Shown here piece after piece: positions 54,046-55,579 of a stretch of DNA of 55,579 bases; positions within the stretch are counted from its first letter, which is position 1, and every line of letters begins with the position of its first letter. Source of the stretch: Chloroflexota bacterium. Lineage in GTDB: Bacteria > Chloroflexota > Limnocylindria > Limnocylindrales > CSP1-4. The stretch spans positions 4,711-60,289 of the forward strand of contig VBGT01000029.1 in assembly GCA_005889475.1 (NCBI GenBank). Reading direction: 5' to 3'. Position numbers and translations under genes: made by a program. The notes under the pieces were generated by a model. It ran no database searches, was not told the DNA's origin, and worked only from the letters and a program-made list of their open reading frames with translations.

Positions 54046-54954
54046 ATGGCCGCCGCGACCACGCCAGGCACCCTGGGGCGGACGCTCCGGGGTGCCGGGC
54101 TCGACCGGGTCCTCCCGTACCTGATGCTGGGGCCGGCGATTTTCCTCGTGCTCGGCGTGGTCGTCTATCCGCTCATCGAGGGCCTGCGCTCAAGCACCGG
54201 CTTCTTCCGGTTCGGCCGAATGGTCCGCTCGGTCGGACTCGACAACTACCGCCAGGCTTTCGCGGACCCGGCCTTCGGCGAGGCGCTCCTGACGACGGCG
54301 CGATTCGTCTTCCTCGCCGTGACGATCGAAACAGTGCTCGGGCTGGGCCTTGCGCTGCTCCTGGCCCGCGAGGGCCGGTTCGTGCGGCGGATCCGGGCGA
54401 CCCTGATCCTGCCGATGATCGTCACGCCCGTGGTGGTCGGGATCGTGTTCCGGCTCATCTATGCATCCGACGTCGGCATGCTCGCGTCGGTCGCGCACCT
54501 TTTTGGACTCAACAGCCCGCAGATCCTCAGTAACGGAGACAGTGCGTTCTGGGGCCTCGTGATCCTCGACGTCTGGGAGTGGACGCCGCTGCTGTTCCTG
54601 ATCCTGCTGGCCGGAATCCAGTCGCTGCCCGTCGAGCCGTTCGAAGCCGCAAGGGTCGACGGCGCCGGCGCGTGGCGAACCTTCGTCGACCACACGCTTC
54701 CGCTCCTGCGTCCGACGATTCTCGTTGCCGTCACGCTGCGGGCGATCGAGGCGTTGACGACGTTCGACCAGGTCTACGTCCTGACACGTGGCGGTCCGGG
54801 GACGTCGACGCAGCTCATCTCGATCTACGGATACCAGACGTTCTTCCAGTTCCAGCAGGTTGGCTACGCGGCGGCGATGCTGTTCATCGTCGCCCTGGTC
54901 GTCATCCTCGCCTCGGGTTTCGCCGTCGGCCTCATGCGGAGCCGCGGGCGATGA
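54046..54954 (+). CDS. Carbohydrate ABC transporter permease
   Basis: 302 aa, 6 TM helices, EAA loop FEAARVDGAGAWRTFVDHTLPLLRP. Confidence 0.8.
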   Translation: MAAATTPGTLGRTLRGAGLDRVLPYLMLGPAIFLVLGVVVYPLIEGLRSSTGFFRFGRMVRSVGLDNYRQAFADPAFGEALLTTARFVFLAVTIETVLGLGLALLLAREGRFVRRIRATLILPMIVTPVVVGIVFRLIYASDVGMLASVAHLFGLNSPQILSNGDSAFWGLVILDVWEWTPLLFLILLAGIQSLPVEPFEAARVDGAGAWRTFVDHTLPLLRPTILVAVTLRAIEALTTFDQVYVLTRGGPGTSTQLISIYGYQTFFQFQQVGYAAAMLFIVALVVILASGFAVGLMRSRGR

Positions 54955-55579
54955 CGCGGGATCGGCTGAATCGCTTCGCCTGGGGCGTCGGGGCTCTGAC
55001 CGCTCTCCTGTTCGCAGTAACTCCGCTCGTCTGGATGCTCCTGACGTCAGTAAAGAGCAACCGCGAGATCACGCAGGAAACGTCGCTGATCCCGCAATCG
55101 CTGACGACCGCGAACTACGTGAGCCTGTTCAGCGGCCGGGAGTTCAGTGCCTATCTGACGAACTCGGTCATCGTGACGGCGCTGAGCGTGGCGATCGCCC
55201 TCGCGCTGGGAACGATGGCCGCGTACGTCCTCGCCAGGTTCCGGCTGCCGTTCGGGGTGCATCGGTACGTGGGCTTTGCGCTGTTGATGGTCCGTCTGCT
55301 GCCGCCGGTCGTGATCATCATCCCGATCTTCCTGATCGCGCAGCAGCTCGGGCTGCTGAACACCCAGCTGAGCCTCATCGTCGTCTACGCGACGTTCAAC
55401 GTGACGATCGTGGTCTGGATGATGGAAAGCTTCTTCCGTGAGATCCCCGTCGATCTCGAGGAGGCGGCGATGGTCGACGGTGACACGCGGTTCACTGCGT
55501 TTCGCCGGATCGTGCTGCCCCTCGCCGCGCCAGGTCTCGTGGCCACCGGCATCTTCACGGCAATCGCGACCTACAACGA
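54951..55579 (+). CDS. Carbohydrate ABC transporter permease (3' end beyond the window)
   Basis: Not in the ORF track because there is no stop in the window. The ATG at 54951 overlaps the upstream stop (ATGA). My translation reads MTRDRLNRFAWGVGALTALLFAVTPLVWMLLTSVK...LEEAAMVDGDTRFTAFRRIVLPLAAPG. Confidence 0.8.
   Translation, partial: MTRDRLNRFAWGVGALTALLFAVTPLVWMLLTSVKSNREITQETSLIPQSLTTANYVSLFSGREFSAYLTNSVIVTALSVAIALALGTMAAYVLARFRLPFGVHRYVGFALLMVRLLPPVVIIIPIFLIAQQLGLLNTQLSLIVVYATFNVTIVVWMMESFFREIPVDLEEAAMVDGDTRFTAFRRIVLPLAAPGLVATGIFTAIATYN

Overview
This is a 55.6 kb, very G+C-rich bacterial chromosomal segment. The style looks Actinomycetota- or Chloroflexota-like, but taxonomy cannot be fixed from sequence alone. 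Genes are densely packed and often share 4-nt ATGA/GTGA stop/start overlaps. All family calls come from motif reading of the translations, since no database search was possible.

Content, left to right:
1. A beta-CASP MBL hydrolase that runs off the left edge, a fused CtaA-CtaB heme A/O synthase, and a divergent Sco-like lipoprotein.
2. A pyrimidine regulon broken into three blocks: pyrE; pyrK-pyrD; pyrR-pyrB-pyrC. Non-pyr genes lie between the blocks: two tandem DUF4349 paralogs, an acidic internally duplicated orphan, a GT1 glycosyltransferase, a PLP decarboxylase coupled to a membrane RanBP2-type zinc-finger protein, and an FAD oxidoreductase.
3. An ECF sigma/anti-sigma pair, a GalT-family protein with an altered active-site motif, lipB, a homocysteine S-methyltransferase, a Ca2+/H+ exchanger and an MFS transporter.
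4. A roughly 16 kb divergent inositol-type catabolic supercluster. It holds iolD, iolB, an IolE-like protein, three Gfo/Idh/MocA dehydrogenases, a LacI regulator, an ABC importer, a GDPD, an IMPase-family protein, and a transaldolase-family gene in place of iolC/iolJ.
5. A short gene-decay zone followed by tRNA-Gly(CCC). The 3' half of this tRNA is repeated 5.7 kb downstream. The repeats bound a lower-GC islet with no integrase, whose main cargo is a 1158-aa zinc-ribbon / class III cyclase / STAND-ATPase / TPR protein plus three orphan genes.
6. A second TIM-barrel plus sugar ABC transporter operon that runs off the right edge.

The most interesting candidates are the tRNA-bounded islet with its cyclase-STAND protein, and the kinase/aldolase-less iol operon that ends in a transaldolase-family gene. 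I found no CRISPR array, IS element or rRNA.
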